Below, piece after piece: positions 1 to 13,733 of a stretch of DNA of 64,000 nt. Within the stretch, counting starts at the first letter, position 1. The number at the start of each line of letters is the position of its first letter. The stretch is from Eledone cirrhosa. Its lineage: Eukaryota. The translations under genes and the position numbers were made by a program. A model generated the notes under the pieces. It made no database searches. It saw only the letters and a list, made by a program, of their open reading frames with translations, and was not told the DNA's origin. The DNA lies in NCBI GenBank assembly GCA_964016885.1, contig OZ024751.1, forward strand, positions 10,106,001 through 10,170,000. Reading direction: 5' to 3'.

Positions 1-440
1 TAATAATAACACCACCACCACTACTCCTACCACAACTACTACCATCACTACTACTACTACTACTGCTGTTACTAATAATAATAACACCACCACCACTACT
101 CCTACCACAACTACTACCATCACTACTACTACTACTGTTACTAATAATAATAACACCACCACCACTACTCCTACCACAACTACTACCATCACTACTACTA
201 CTACTACTACTGTTACTAATAATAATAACACCACCACCACTACTCCTACCACAACTACTACCATCACTACTACTACTACTACTACTGTTACTAATAATAA
301 TAACACCACCACCACTACTCCTACCACAACTACTACCATCACTACTACTACTACTACTACTGTTACTAATAATAATAACACCACCACCACTACTCCTACC
401 ACAACTACTACCATCACTACTACTACTACTACTGCTGCTG
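1..440. repeat. Tandem repeat, ~57-63 bp unit, about 7 copies
   Basis: Unit TAATAATAACACCACCACCACTACTCCTACCACAACTACTACCATCACTACTACTAC..TGTTAC recurs with a variable number of TAC triplets. Confidence 0.9.
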
Positions 441-479
441 CTGCTACTACTGATGTTGTTGCTACAACTGTAATTGCTG

Positions 480-3400
480 CAGTTACTCTATTAACATATT
501 GTCGCTTGAGGAGGAGGATGATGTTGTTGTTGATAACGATGATGCTGGTGGTTGTGCCGATGATGATGATGATGATGTGATGATGGCGGTGGTGGTGGTG
601 GTGGTGGTGGTGGTGGTGGTGGTGGTAGGGGATGGAGTGGTGTTGGTGATAAAATTGATGACGACGATGGTGATGCTGGTGGGGGTGATGCTGGTAGTGG
701 TAGTGGTGGCGATAATGATGCCTGTGTTGTTGGTGATGGTGATGATGATGGCGGCGGTGGTGGTGCTGGTGGTGGTGGTGGTGGTGGTGGTAGGGGATGG
801 AGTGGTGATGAGGATAAAATTGATGACGACGCTGGCGACGATGGTGATGCTGGTGGGGGTGATGCTGGTAGTGGTGGCGATAATGATGCTTGTGCTGTTG
901 GTGATGGTGATGATGATGGTGGTGGTGCTGGTGCTGGTGTTGGTGCTGGTGGTGGTAGTAATGATGGTGATGATGATGATAATGGCAGTGATCATAGTGG
1001 CATTAATGATGCTAGTATTGGTGGTGGTGGTGGTGGTGGTGGTTATAGTAATGGTGGTGTGGATGGTATTGATGGTGTTGGTGGCGGTGTTAATGACGAT
1101 GGTGGTAGTAACGATAGTGGCGTTGGTGTTGGTGGTGATAATTATGTTGATGATAGTGGTGGTAGTGGTGGTGGTAGTGGTGATAGTATTAGGGGTGGTA
1201 ATGGTGGTAGTGGTGGTGGTAGTGGTGATAGTGGTGGTAGTGGTGGTGGTAGTGGGGATAGTGGTGATAGTGGTGATAGTGGTGGTGATAGTGGTGGTGA
1301 TAGTGGTGATAGTGTTAGGGGTGATAGTGGTGGCAGTGGTGGTGGTAGTGGTGATAGTGGTGATAGTGGTGGTAGTGGTGGTGGTGGTAGAGGTGGTGGA
1401 AGTGGGGATAGTGGTGATAGTGGTGGTAGTGATGATAGTGTTGGTAGTGGTGGTGGTAGTGGTGATAGTGGTGGTAGTGGTGGTAGTGGTGATAGTGGTG
1501 GTAGTGGTGGTGGTAGTGGTGGTAGTGGTGATAGTGGTGGTAGTGGTGATAGTGGTGGTAGAGGTGGTGGTAGTGGGGATAGTGGTGATAGTGGTGGTAG
1601 TGATGATAGTGTTGGTAGTGGTGGTGGTAGTGGTGGTAGTGGTGATAGTGTTAGGGGTGATAGTGGTGGTGGTAGAGGTGGTGGTAGTGGGGATAGTGGT
1701 GATAGTGGTGGTAGTGGTGGTGATAGTGGTGGTAGTGGTGATTGTGGTGATAGTGGTGGTGATAGTGGTGGTAGTGGTGATAGTGGTGGTGATAGTGGTG
1801 GTAGTGGTGATAGTGGTGATAGTGGTGGTAGTGGTGGTAGTGGTGATAGTGGTGATAGTGGTGGTGATAGTGGTGGTAGTGGTAGTGGTGGTAGTGGTAT
1901 GATAGTGGTAGTAGTAGTGGTGATTGTGTTGATGATGGTGGTGATAATGGTGGTGATAGTGGTGATAGTGTTAGGGGTGATAGTGGTGGTAGTGGTGGCA
2001 GTGGTGGTGGTAGTGGTGATAGTGGTGATATTGGTGGTAGTGGTGGTGGTAGAGGTGGTGGAAGTGGGGATAGTGGTGATAGTGGTGGTAGTGATGATAG
2101 TGTTGGTAGTGGTGGTGGTAGTGGTGATAGTGGTGGTAGTGGTGGTAGTGGTGGTAGTGGTGGTAGAGGTGGTGGTAGTGGGGATAGTGGTGATAGTGGT
2201 GGTAGTGATGATAGTGTTGGTAGTGGTGGTGGTAGTGGTGGTAGTGGTGATAGTGTTAGGGGTGATAGTGGTGGTGGTAGAGGTGGTGGTAGTGGGGATA
2301 GTGGTGATAGTGGTGGTAGTGGTGGTGATAGTGGTGGTAGTGGTGATTGTGGTGATAGTGGTGGTGATAGTGGTGGTGATAGTGGTGGTAGTGGTGATAG
2401 TGGTGGTGATAGTGGTGGTAGTGGTGATAGTGGTGATAGTGGTGGTAGTGGTGGTAGTGGTGGTAGTGGTGATATTGGTGGTGATAGTGGTGGTAGTGGT
2501 AGTGGTGGTAGTGGTATGATAGTGGTAGTAGTAGTGGTGATTGTGTTGATGATGGTGGTGATAATGATAGTGGTGATAGTGGTGGTAGTAGTGATGGTGT
2601 TGATGATGGTGGTGATAGTGGTGGTAGTGGTGGTAGTAGTGGTAGTAGTGGTGGTGGTGTTGATGATGGTGGTGATAATGATAGTGGTGATAGTGGCGGT
2701 AGTGGTGATGGTAGTGGTAGTAGTGTTGATGGTGTTGATGATGGTGGTGATAATGATAGTGGTGATAGTGGTGGTAGTAGTGATGGTGTTGATGATGGTG
2801 GTGATAGTGGTGATACTAGTGGTGATGGTGTTGATGATGGTGGTGATAATGATAGCGGTGATAGTGGTGGTAGTAGTGATGGTGTTGATGATGGTGGTGA
2901 TAGTGGTCGTAGTGGTGGTGGTAGTGGTGGTAGTGGTGGTAGTGGGGGTAGTAGTGGTGATGGTGATGATGGTGATGATGATAGTGGTGATAGTAGTGGT
3001 GATGGTGATGATGGGGATAATGATAGTGGTGGTGGTGGTAGTGGTGATAAAGATGGTAATTTATGTAACAATGAGGCGATAACAATATTATGCTGTTGTT
3101 ACTGTCACTATCACTGTTATTACTCTAATCATTATTGTTGTTGTTAATTTAAAATCAATAAATAAAAGATGGTTAGAACTCATCTCTTGAGAACTATCAA
3201 CTTTTGCCTTCACAATCTCTCCAATTCAATGAATCAACGATTCTTTCACTTTTCTCTTTTTTTCCTCTCCATTTCACGTTTCTTTTTTCCTCTCTTCTTG
3301 ATTTGTTTTCTTTATTTCATATCATTTCTTTCTTATTTCATTTTATTTGTTATTTTATACATTTTAATTATTGTTATTGTTGTGATTATAACTATTATTA

Positions 3401-3910
3401 TTGTTATTACTCTTCTCATTATTGTTATTACTGTCATTATTATTGTTGTTGTAGTTGTTTTCGTTGTTGTTGATGCTGCTGTAGTTGTTTTGTTATTGTT
3501 GTTGTTGTTGTTATTGTTGCTGCTGTTGTTTGCAGTTGTAGTTGCTGTTCATGAATGTTTTGTCGTCGTCGGTTGTTGTTGTTGTAGTTGCCTGTGGTGA
3601 AGTTGTAGTTGTTGATGATGAAGCTGTTGTAGATGATAATGCTGTTATTGTTGTTGTTGATGCTGTTGTTGTTAATGATGATGATGATGCTGCTGCTGTT
3701 GCTGATGATGAAGCTGTTGTAGTTGTTGTTGATGCTGCTGTTGATGATGATGCTGTTGCCGTTGCTTTTGTTGTTGATTTTTGTTGCTGTTGATGATGTA
3801 GTTAATGATTCTGCAGTTGATAATACTGTTGTTGTTGCTGTTGCTGTTGTTGTAGTTGTTGTTGTTGTTGATACTGTTGTTGATGTTGTTGTTGTTGTTG
3901 CTGTTGTTAT
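480..3910. repeat. Trinucleotide low-complexity block (GGT/GAT/AGT, then TTG/ATT)
   Basis: Degenerate (GTG/GAT/GTA)n; overlapping poly-V, poly-G/S/D and poly-H ORFs on both strands are compositional artefacts. Confidence 0.95.
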
Positions 3911-4777
3911 TTCTAAACAATGCAGAGATTGAATAAAAGTTTAAACACTTGGTAAATATTCCAGAACTGCCTTCAAGCTAACAAAATGTTAAGTTAACTG
4001 TCTAATCCATTAACTAGATATTTTAACGCTAGCTCATTAAAATCTCATCAAATTGGTTATTTCAATAGACTTTCGAAGGAGAGTGAGAGTGTGTGAGAGA
4101 GAGTGTGTGACAGAGAGTGAGTGAGAGTGTGAGAGGGTGTGAGAGAGTGTGTGTGACAGAGAGTGTGTAAGATGGTGTGAGAGAGTGTGAGAGAGTGTGA
4201 CAGAGAGTGTGTGAGAGTGTGTGAGAGAGTGTGTGCGACAGAGAGTGAGAGAAATTTCAATAGAGTTTTAAGTGAGAAAGAGAGAGAGCGAAAGTAAGAT
4301 GTGTGAGAGAGAGAGATTTCAATAGAGTTTAAAGCGAGAAAGAAAGAGAGAGAGACAGAGTAAAAGTAATGGAGAGGGAGAAAGAGACAGAGTCGAGATG
4401 ACAGAGAGGAAGAAAGAGAGAGAAAGTAGAAGTGATAGAAGGGAAGAAAGAGAGGATGAGAATATTTTATGCAATCAACATGTTCCCGTACATGCTTGCA
4501 TTAACTCTTTGCTTCACTTTAGTCTGAGAATTAGATAAAAAAAGATGAAATGATTTTGTTTTGATTTTAAATCGATGTCGAGTAGCAAATAAATTCTAAA
4601 GCTTGATCAGTGTTGCTGTTGCTGTTGTTGTTGTTTTTTAACCCCAGGTCATCTCTAAGTGAAATGACTTATGATCAAGCAAGTGAAACAAAAATCCTCT
4701 TTTTATTCCTTTTATCCTCGTTTGTTTCGTTGTTTTTTAAGATTCTAGATATAGCACCTTCAATAATAATAATAGTA

Positions 4778-4950
4778 ATGGTTTTTGATTTAGGCACAAG
4801 GCCAGCAATTTGGGGGGGAAGGCGAAAAGCCGATTAAATCGACCATAGTGCGTGACTAGTACTTTATTTTTTCGAACCCATCTGGATGAAAGACAAAGCT
4901 AACCTCGGAGGGATTTGAACTCAGAACGTAAAGGGTCGTAACTCTATGCC
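4778..4950 (-). mobile_element. tRNA-derived SINE (family A)
   Basis: Reverse complement carries B box GAGTTCAAATCCC and the family body CTTTCATCC..TCGA.AAAATAAAGTAC.AGT; (AAT)n tail on the left. Confidence 0.85.
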
Positions 4951-5119
4951 ACGAATCATATAATTGATGTTTCATTCCGAACTTCACCAATTGCAACAGT
5001 ATTTAACTTTTCATTCCAGGTTAAGGCGAGATAAACACTCCTCTGATACACATTTCACCCAATTAGTAACACCTATTAAGATAACAACAACTAGGTCCTT
5101 ATTCGTGCTGGCTTTCCCA

Positions 5120-5440
5120 GAATGTTTACCCTACTCCGACTGCGCAAACTACGCTGGCTAGGACACGTCCACCACACGAATGATGGCCGCATCCCAAAAG
5201 ACATCTTTTATGGGGAGCTGGTCGCCGGAAAGAGAGCCACAGGTCGACCTTGGCTTCGACACAAAGACGTTGTGAAGAGAGATATGAAGGCCATTGAAAT
5301 CAACAGTCCTGGGGGGGGGGGGGGGGGGGCTCGTAGCTGACTGGCCAAGATGGAGGAACACCCTGAATCAACACCTCAAATCAGGGGAGGAGAGGTTGAT
5401 AACTGCAGCAGTAGACAGGAGAGCCTGGCGAAAGTAGCGC
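5120..5440 (+). mobile_element. RTE-clade LINE 3' fragment
   Basis: RLRWLGHVHHTNDGRIPKDIFYGEL..GKRATGRP is the typical RTE ORF2 C-terminal motif. Confidence 0.85.
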
Positions 5441-5469
5441 AATAAATCCAAAAGAGCAAAGACCATATA

Positions 5470-5610
5470 CAGCATAGTTACGTCCCTTTACGATCTGAGT
5501 TCAAATCCCGCCGAGGTTGACTTTGCCTTTCATCCTTACGGGGTCGATAAAATAAAGTTCCAGTAATGCACTGGGTAATTGCTGGCCTTGTGCCTAAAGT
5601 AGAAACAATT
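5470..5610 (+). mobile_element. SINE family A, 5'-truncated
   Basis: CTGAGTTCAAATCCCGCCGAGGTTGACTTTGCCTTTCATCCTTACGGGGTCGATAAAATAAAG. Confidence 0.9.
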
Positions 5611-5707
5611 AAATTATGTAAACATTTTTGGGTGTTTACGTATAATTGAAATATGTATGTAGATCATTATTTTTTTTTGGGGGGGGGGGGGGGGTAGGCT
5701 GTGTATT

Positions 5708-5766
5708 GTAATAAATATTGTCTGTACAAGTAATCAAAGTGTGTATACATTTTGGGGGGACACCCT
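5708..5766. mobile_element. One end of a Tc1/mariner-type MITE
   Basis: AAGTGTGTATACATTTTGGGGGGACACCCTG followed by TA matches the right end of the complete MITE at 63605-63704. Confidence 0.65.
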
Positions 5767-6394
5767 GTATATAAATATGAATAAATAACCATGGTTTAAT
5801 GCATTATTTAATTAATTTACATATGTTTAATTCAAATACAGAAAGGTGTAGTACTCTATTCCTCTGTATGGAATTCTTCAGAATCATTAAATAATATATA
5901 AAAGATTTTTTTTTTTTACCAACCACATATTAAATATCTCCTAACACGATTATTTCGAAAAACGTAAACAAGGTTTACATATAGTCGGGAAAACGTTAAA
6001 CTTTATGGAAGACTAGTAGCACAAATTAAAATGTTTAGCAATACTTTTTAGATTTCTTTAGAATAAAACAGTTCTAGTCCTGTAGAAGCCATTTTCATAT
6101 TAAACATGATATATATGTGTGTGTATTTGTGGTTCTGTATCCTATTTGCCATACACAAGGCTGAAAAGACCTTAATCGAAGACTTCCCAATGTAACACAG
6201 ATCTAAGGTGTTCATCACTGTTACATTCTACAACAAAGACTTCTTGTATTGTTTGGTACGGGAAGATGGTGACTAATATAAGTTCTGCTCAAGTCTGTAG
6301 ACTCAACAACAAAGAAAACAAGTCAGTTAACACACCTTCAACAAAGTGGTAGATTGAGGGGCAATAAAACAAGACTACTGAATAATAATAATAA

Positions 6395-6548
6395 TGATTT
6401 CTAGTATATGCACATGGCCAGTAATGGGGGGGGGGGGGGGGCTCGATTAAATCGACCCAGTACGTTACTGGTGCTTTATTTTATCGACCCCGTAAGGATG
6501 AAAGGCAAAGTTAACCTCGGCAGGATTTGAACTCAGAACGTAAAGGAG
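6395..6548 (-). mobile_element. SINE family A
   Basis: Same body and B box on the minus strand. Confidence 0.85.
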
Positions 6549-6586
6549 CATAATAATAATTGTAAGGAGCATAATAATAATAATAA

Positions 6587-7660
6587 ATGTTACTGAACAA
6601 AAAGACATGGATAGAAAGACTAGGAGGTTAATAACTACCTACAGCATGTTCCACAAAAGTAATGACGTTGATAAACTCTACTTAAAGAGATCTGAAGGTG
6701 GAAGAGGTCTTATCAGCGTAGAGGACTCTGTTCAGATGGGGAAGAGCTGTCTACACAAATATGTGTCTGCTCAAAGTTGTATAGAAGAAGACAATAGACC
6801 AGGGGATGTCCAAGGAGGAAATAACAAAGAGGAAGAGAAACCTTCATGAAAAATCATCCTTTCATAGTACCTTTTTTAAGAAAACGGAATTCAGGGATCC
6901 ACAGACATAGAGCTAGTTAAAAAGAGGAGACCTTTAAAAAGCTACAGAAGGAATACTAATGGTTGCACAAGAGCAAGCCCTCAGAACGAAGTGGGTGAAA
7001 CACCATATTGACAAGGAGGAGGCTAGCTTAGTCTGTAGGATCTGTGGAGAAAGGGAGGAAACTCTGGTTCACAGCATATCCGAGTGTAAACACCTAGCCC
7101 AGAGGCATGATATCATAGCAAAAGTGATTCACTGGCATTTATGCAAACTAAGTAATTTACCACATTCTGAGAAGTTGTATAAGCCAGAGTCGGTGATAGA
7201 AAACAATCAAGTTAAGGTCCTGTGGGATTTCAGGATACAGACGGACAAGAAATTAGAATGCAATAAGCCTGACCTGGTGGTTTTGGACAAGGAAAGAAGA
7301 TCGTGCCTGATTGTAGATGTAGCCTATCCATTTGACACAGGAGTGCAAGAAAAGCAGAAGGAGAAAATTAACTGATACCAGGGTTTAAAGTGGGAGTTAA
7401 AAAGGATTTGGGACTGTCATGAGATCAAGGTCGTCCTGATTGTCATAGGAGCACTAGGTACTATCTCGAAGAGTTTTCAAGGATGGTTAAAGAACATTAG
7501 TCCAGCACCCTTTTTGGAACACTTCAAAAGGCATGGTTGCTGGGAACAGCAAGAACCCTCTGATACGTCCTGAATATCTGAGGCTGCAGATAGCGGCTTG
7601 GTGTTCTTATGAACAAAATTTCCAGTTAAATATTATCAATGACTGAGACTCCAGGAAAAT
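6587..7660 (+). mobile_element. R4/Dong-like non-LTR retrotransposon, 3' part with restriction-like endonuclease (decayed)
   Basis: LYLKRSEGGRGL, AQEQALRT, CCHC knuckle CRICGEREETLVHSISEC, RHD, VLWDFRIQTDK..NKPDLVV..IVDVAYP; stops and frameshifts; (TAA)n on both sides. Confidence 0.85.
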
Positions 7661-7875
7661 AATAATAATAATAATTTCTACTATAGGCGCAAGGCCAGCA
7701 ATTTTGGGGGAGGGGAAAGTCAATTAAATCGACCCCAGTGCATTACTGGTACGTTATTTTATCGACCCCGTAATGATGAAAGGCAAAGCTAACCTTGGCA
7801 GGATTTGAGCTCAGAACTCTATGCTGCAAAGCAGGGTGTCCGATGCTCTACCGGTACTGCCAATCCACCGCCCTT
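7660..7875 (-). mobile_element. SINE family A, full length
   Basis: Minus strand starts GGGCGGTGGATTGGCAGTACCGG (A box), has a B-box-like GAGCTCAAATCC, ends in (ATT)n. Confidence 0.9.
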
Positions 7876-7876
7876 C

Positions 7877-7912
<36 letters not shown>

Positions 7913-8579
7913 CAACAACTCATCTCAAAAACAGATATATAAATACATAAAAAGTTATTTATTTAATTCAGCACTCAAACATTTAGCTAACAACCAGCCT
8001 CGTATATTCTCGTTTATTATGTTTTTATATTGTTTTTTTTTTTTGCACTCAGTGGACCTATGGCCATGCTGGAGTACTACCTTCATTTTTTTTTTTTTTT
8101 TCACATTGATCATATCAACCCCAGCACTTATTTCAGTCTGGTTCTTGTTTTAGCCATTTATATTTATTGAATCACTTAGTTACACTGTTTTACACAACAT
8201 CAGTTTTACAGAGGCAAACATACACACTCATTTACATATACACACATACATACGCACTCATACATACGGTGGAATTCTCCACAGTCTGTCTACGAAATTC
8301 CACTTCAATAAATTAATGAAGGAACTTCTATATGGTAATCGTGCTTTTTAGAAATAGCAGTCAAACCTCTCTCATATTAATCTGTACTATCTTAGAAAAA
8401 GACATTATATAAAGTAGTTACAACTAAACTGTGCCAAAAATAAGATGGAATGGTCATGATTGGAGTGCCTTAGCCCATGAGTCTGCCCTATCAGTAATTA
8501 CTCGGGGCTAAATATCAACAACCACATCATTATCCAAATATTAGTTTAACCTAGACTACAGTAAAATACACATGCTTAA

Positions 8580-8911
8580 CCCTTTAGCATTTAAACCGGC
8601 CATATCCGGCCATAATTCTCTCCCTTCTTTCTCTTCAAGCCAGCCATAACTGGTTGCTCATGCCAATATTAAGGTATTGTTCTCAAAATAAATAATTGTT
8701 TCTACTTTTGGCACAAGGCCAGTAATTATCCCAGTACATTACTGGTACTTTATTTTATCGACCCCATAAGGATGAAAGGCAAAGTTAACCTTGGCGGGAT
8801 TTGAACTCAAAATAAATAATATCAAAATCTCGTAGAGTCGATATTATGTGAGATAAAGCCTTTTCTGTGAAAATACAACAGTAAATATAAAGTAATAAAA
8901 ATGCTAAAGGG
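8580..8911. mobile_element. piggyBac-type MITE with nested SINE fragment (8696-8805)
   Basis: TTAA|CCCTTTAGCATTT ... AAATGCTAAAGGG|TTAA; same family at 32142 and 63248. Confidence 0.9.
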
Positions 8912-9834
8912 TTAAAGTATCACACAGTGAGATCAAACTGGGAGCACATGGTTGCAAAGCTTGACTTCTTAACCACATAGCTATACCTGCCTGCAGCTGG
9001 CATCAACCACCTTTCATATCTTCACAGTAACAAGAAATTACATTAACAGTAAATCAAGATGTAGTTAATACAATATTTAATAAAATGTAATAATTAAAAA
9101 CAAATAATAAATAATAATTTACATACATACATGTAAATTAATAATTCCTTCGGTCAGTAAATTGAATAAATTATATATAAAGAATTGAAAATCCTTAATA
9201 AATAAATGAATGCATCATTATAATGGCAGATAAATAAATTAGATATTTACAAACAACTTATGTTGTCATTGAGAAATATCAATTTTCACCACCTTCTTCA
9301 ACCACCTCACTGCAACAATTTTGTGTTTTTTGCTATTTTTTGTGTTCGATATTTTTCATATTTTTCTGTTATGTTTTTATTCTTTATTATTAGTTTGTTT
9401 GTTTTGGTTTGTTGTTGTTTGTTTTTTGGTTTGTTTTTGTTTTTTTTTTATCTTGTAAATTCCCAGACAAGAACTTTCTGCATTTTAACATCACAGCCAG
9501 CTTCTCTGAGAAGCAATTAGTTTGTAGTTCTTACAAAACAAAACAAAATGGGAATTGGCAAGGCAGAATTATGTCTCCAAACAAGAAATATATATATATA
9601 TATATACACATATGTGCATAAACATACATATACATATATATACATATACAGAGAGAGAGAGAGAGAAAGAGAAAGAGAGAGAGAGAGAGATGGAGCCGGA
9701 CATGATAGTAAACAGTAAAAAAAGTTTCCGGAAATCTTCAAATTAAATAAATACTAGAGAATCAAATTAAATTAAATTTTAAAAAAGATGATGAAAGAAA
9801 ACCATAGCTACAGATCTTGATTTCAAAAACAATA

Positions 9835-10367
9835 TATACATACATATATACATACATATATGCATACATACATACATACATATAAGCATACATACATGTA
9901 TGCATATAAACATATATATATATATATAAATATATACATACATATATATATACATATAAACATATATATATATATATAAATATATACATACATATATATA
10001 TACATACATATATGTATATATATACATACATATATATATATATACATACATACATATATGTATATATATATATACATACATATATGTATATATATACATA
10101 CATATATGTATATATATATATACATATATATATACATACATACATATATGTATATATATACATATATATATACATACACATATATACATACACATATATA
10201 TATACATACACATACATATACATACATACATACATACACATACATATATATATATATATATACATACATATACATACATACATACACATACATATATACA
10301 TATACATATTCATACATATATATATATACATATACATATATACACATATATATACATATACACATAT

Positions 10368-10399
<32 letters not shown>

Positions 10400-10565
10400 A
10401 CATATATACATATATATATATATGTATGTATATATATGTATATGTATACATATATACATATACATATATACATATATATACATATACATATATATACATA
10501 TATACATATACATATATATACATATATATACATTCATATATATACATATATATACATACATATAT

Positions 10566-10598
<33 letters not shown>

Positions 10599-10709
10599 TA
10601 CATATACTTGCAAACATATACATATATATATATACACATACATATATATATATATACACACATACAGATACATACACACATATATATACATACACACATA
10701 TATATACAT

Positions 10710-10754
<45 letters not shown>

Positions 10755-10997
10755 TATATATATACATACACACATATATATACATACACACATATATATA
10801 CATACACACATATATATACATACATACACACATAGACATAAATACATACACATATATATCTATATATACATACACATATATATACACACATATATATACA
10901 TACATATACACATAAATACATACAAATACACACACATACATATATACATACAAACATACATACATATACAAACATACATACACATACATGTATAAAT

Positions 10998-11056
<59 letters not shown>

Positions 11057-11059
11057 TGA

Positions 11060-11097
<38 letters not shown>

Positions 11098-11105
11098 TAT
11101 ATAAT
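9835..11105. repeat. (TA)n/(TACA)n compound microsatellite
   Basis: Direct inspection; source of the Y/I/H/T ORFs. Confidence 0.97.
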
Positions 11106-11310
11106 ATACCATCAGAGAAATATATATTGTTTTCTTATAGTGTTCTTATTTTTGTGTTTGCATGTTTGGAAATTTCATTGAGGTCCCTTTAAATTGTTGT
11201 TGTTATTGTTGCAGTTGGATTTTTCCCCCTTGTCTTTTAATTTGTCTCCATACCTTTCACTTCATTTCATTTCATTTCATTTTATTTCATTTTAAATTAT
11301 TTATTGAGAG

Positions 11311-11729
11311 TCAGTAGTTGCACCAGTCTTCAGCAATCCAGCTAATAAGAAACGCATGGCGTTTATACATATCATCTGGAACTTTGCTGCTTTCCAAGTA
11401 AGGCACAGAGGACCCTTTCAGCTGCTCCAAGAAGTTTCTAAAAGGGTCCACAAAACCTCGGCCAATTGTGATGATGCCTCGTTGATCTCTTGAAGACTGA
11501 GCGCTCCGTGGAATTCCAACCGTCGAAGCTGGTGTACATACCTCCATCATGCCACTATCTGCTTGTAAAGGCTGGATTCCTTTGATGTAGAATTCACTAG
11601 CCCCATGGCACTGGAGGGTAGCAAGAGGCACCATTGTTAATGCTTCAGCCACAACAATTATTCCAAGTGTTGTTCCAACATATAGATGACCAGAAATAAT
11701 ATTCATAGCTGTCACCAGACAGGTTTTCT
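11311..11729 (-). CDS. LRRK1: Terminal coding exon of an LRRK1/Lrrk-like leucine-rich repeat kinase (C-terminal WD40-like region)
   Basis: Acceptor ttttttttttccccag at 11730; peptide KTCLVTAMNIISGHLYVGTTLGIIVVAEALTMVPL..IITIGRGF..LISWIAEDW then TGA resembles, from memory, the invertebrate Lrrk C-terminus (LYIGTTWG, TIGR, W..W); phase fits the upstream exon. Confidence 0.75.
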
Positions 11730-11929
11730 CTGGGGAAAAAAAAAAAATATATATATATATATATAGCAATCAAAACGCTCATTATGTAAATTTCCAGACG
11801 AAAACATTTTGTAATATTTACTTCTATCGCTCTCCATCTGAAGTTTAAATCCTACAAAACACAACTTTGTTTTTCATTCATCTAGGGTCAATAATATACA
11901 GACTAAGATTACTTCTTCACCCACTTATT

Positions 11930-12260
11930 CATGAAAGACTCATTAGGGCAGAGTCCTCAAACACCCCTTTCAGTGGGTCCTGACAGAAGCAACCGTCTCC
12001 AATCAATCCAGCTAGATCCCCAACCGTAACCAAGCCCAGGGTTGTTATCCAACCATCTTACTCAGTGTCTACTCTTGGGTGGTCTGCCAGTTGGTTTTAC
12101 CCAGTGATTCTTTCCTGAGACATTCTAACCATAGTATCAGAGCTGTGATCTCTCAATTCGAAGAAGTAGCGGCTCTACCTAGAGTGATTCTCTGATCTCT
12201 GAGCTATGCATTTTATCAAGTAACGTTACTCCAAAGACCCTTTGGGGGAATCTCATTACA
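11930..12260 (-). mobile_element. Decayed RTE-like LINE 3' fragment
   Basis: Reverse complement resembles the RTE 3' fragments at 12800-13185 and 53925-54200. Confidence 0.55.
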
Positions 12261-12799
12261 TAAAATTCCTGGCCTAAACATCTTGTAGTATTAACATCGA
12301 TATCTCTCTATTTAAAGTTCAAATCCTACCACATTCAACTCTGCGTTTCATATTTTTATATAACAAGAGTTTTATTACGTTATGATGCAACATAATTTAA
12401 TAATGTCAACACCAGCTTAATATTGATAAACTGAGATAATGTGTTATATTTCTAATAAATAACCCACCTACCCATCCCCACTTGCTTCCTGGCACACTCC
12501 CAACAGTTGATTAGTTCTGAAATTAATTGAAACACATTGACAGTGTAGTTTTATTAGAAATATGGTCCCAGAAGGGCTATGTCTCATACAAGCAGCAACT
12601 ATTATTTTACAACAGTAACCAAATATAAAACACATAAACCAATGAAGAATCATCTATGCAGTGGTTGTTTCAGCTGCTAGAAATAGCAGCCAAATCTCCA
12701 CCCACCCCAAATCACACCCTAACGTTTTAAAAGTTAACAGACACATTCTTTTTTTTTTATCAATCCTAGAACATCTTTTATTATGTATGAGAGATAGTG

Positions 12800-13185
12800 A
12801 ATACAAGCAGCTGAAATATGGTTCCTCTGAAAGGTCTTTGGAGTAACGTTACTTGGTAGAGTGCATAGCTTGGAAATCAGAGAATCACTCCAGGTAGAAT
12901 CACTACAAATTGATAGATCACAGCTCCAATACTACGGGCATGTAGTTAGACTGTCTCAGGAAAGAATTGCTGGACAGATTTTACAGGTAAAACCAACTGG
13001 CAGGAGACCAGAGGTAGATCCCGATCAAGATGGTTGGATACCATCCATGAGCTTAGCTGGTCTTGCTGGGGGATCCAGCCAGATCAGTTAGAGACGATTG
13101 CTTCCAAGAGGACCTGCTGGAAGGAGTGTTTGAGGATTCTGCTCCAATGACCCTCTCAGGAATAAGTGGCCGAAGAAGAAGAAGA
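12800..13185 (+). mobile_element. Decayed RTE LINE 3' fragment
   Basis: IRESLQVES..IDRSQLQYYGHVVRLSQERIAGQILQVKPTGRRP; ends in (GAA)n. Confidence 0.75.
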
Positions 13186-13640
13186 AGCATGTGTGTGTCT
13201 GCGAGAGCATTATTAACCTTTATGTCTGAAGACGTCCACCGTACTCCTGCCCTAATATGTCATATGCCTCATGGTCCCAGCTGACAGGAGGGAGAAGACA
13301 TTGCCCTGGAGGACGGCAAGGGAGGCCCACTGAAAAAGCCACTACACCTCACAGAGCTCGCACCTGCAGGCAGCCAAGCCTGCTTCGATAGCAGTGAACA
13401 GAGATGTGGTCTAGGAGCCAAGAATGCCCAAAGCCTTCACTGCTACAGACTCAACCACAAACCTATCAAAGAGCGGCTGATACAGACAGATTGGATAATA
13501 TAATCTAGGAAAACAAAAAGACTAGAATAAGCCTGGTTAGAAAACCTTTAATTATAGCTCTGCTCATTTGGGGCTGATATAGGAATTAACAACAACAATA
13601 GCAACAATAACATATATGAAAAACACACAAAAATACTCAC

Positions 13641-13733
13641 TTTTGGGTCTTTTAACATTTGCGACTGCAGACTCGCAGTCAAGTGTTGACTCTTGAAGGT
13701 GGGTGTGAACATTCCACCTCACAACGGTAGAAC
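13641..13733 (-). CDS. LRRK1: Internal coding exon (93 bp) of the LRRK1-like gene
   Basis: ttttaaatttag acceptor, gtgagt donor, phase 1 at both ends; encodes (G)STVVRWNVHTHLQESTLDCESAVANVKRPK(K), joining both neighbouring exons in frame. Confidence 0.8.

Noticed and set aside
483-3085. Long Gly/Ser/Asp, Val and His-rich ORFs as structural proteins
   Set aside because: Open in several frames on both strands because of triplet repeats; no splice or domain evidence
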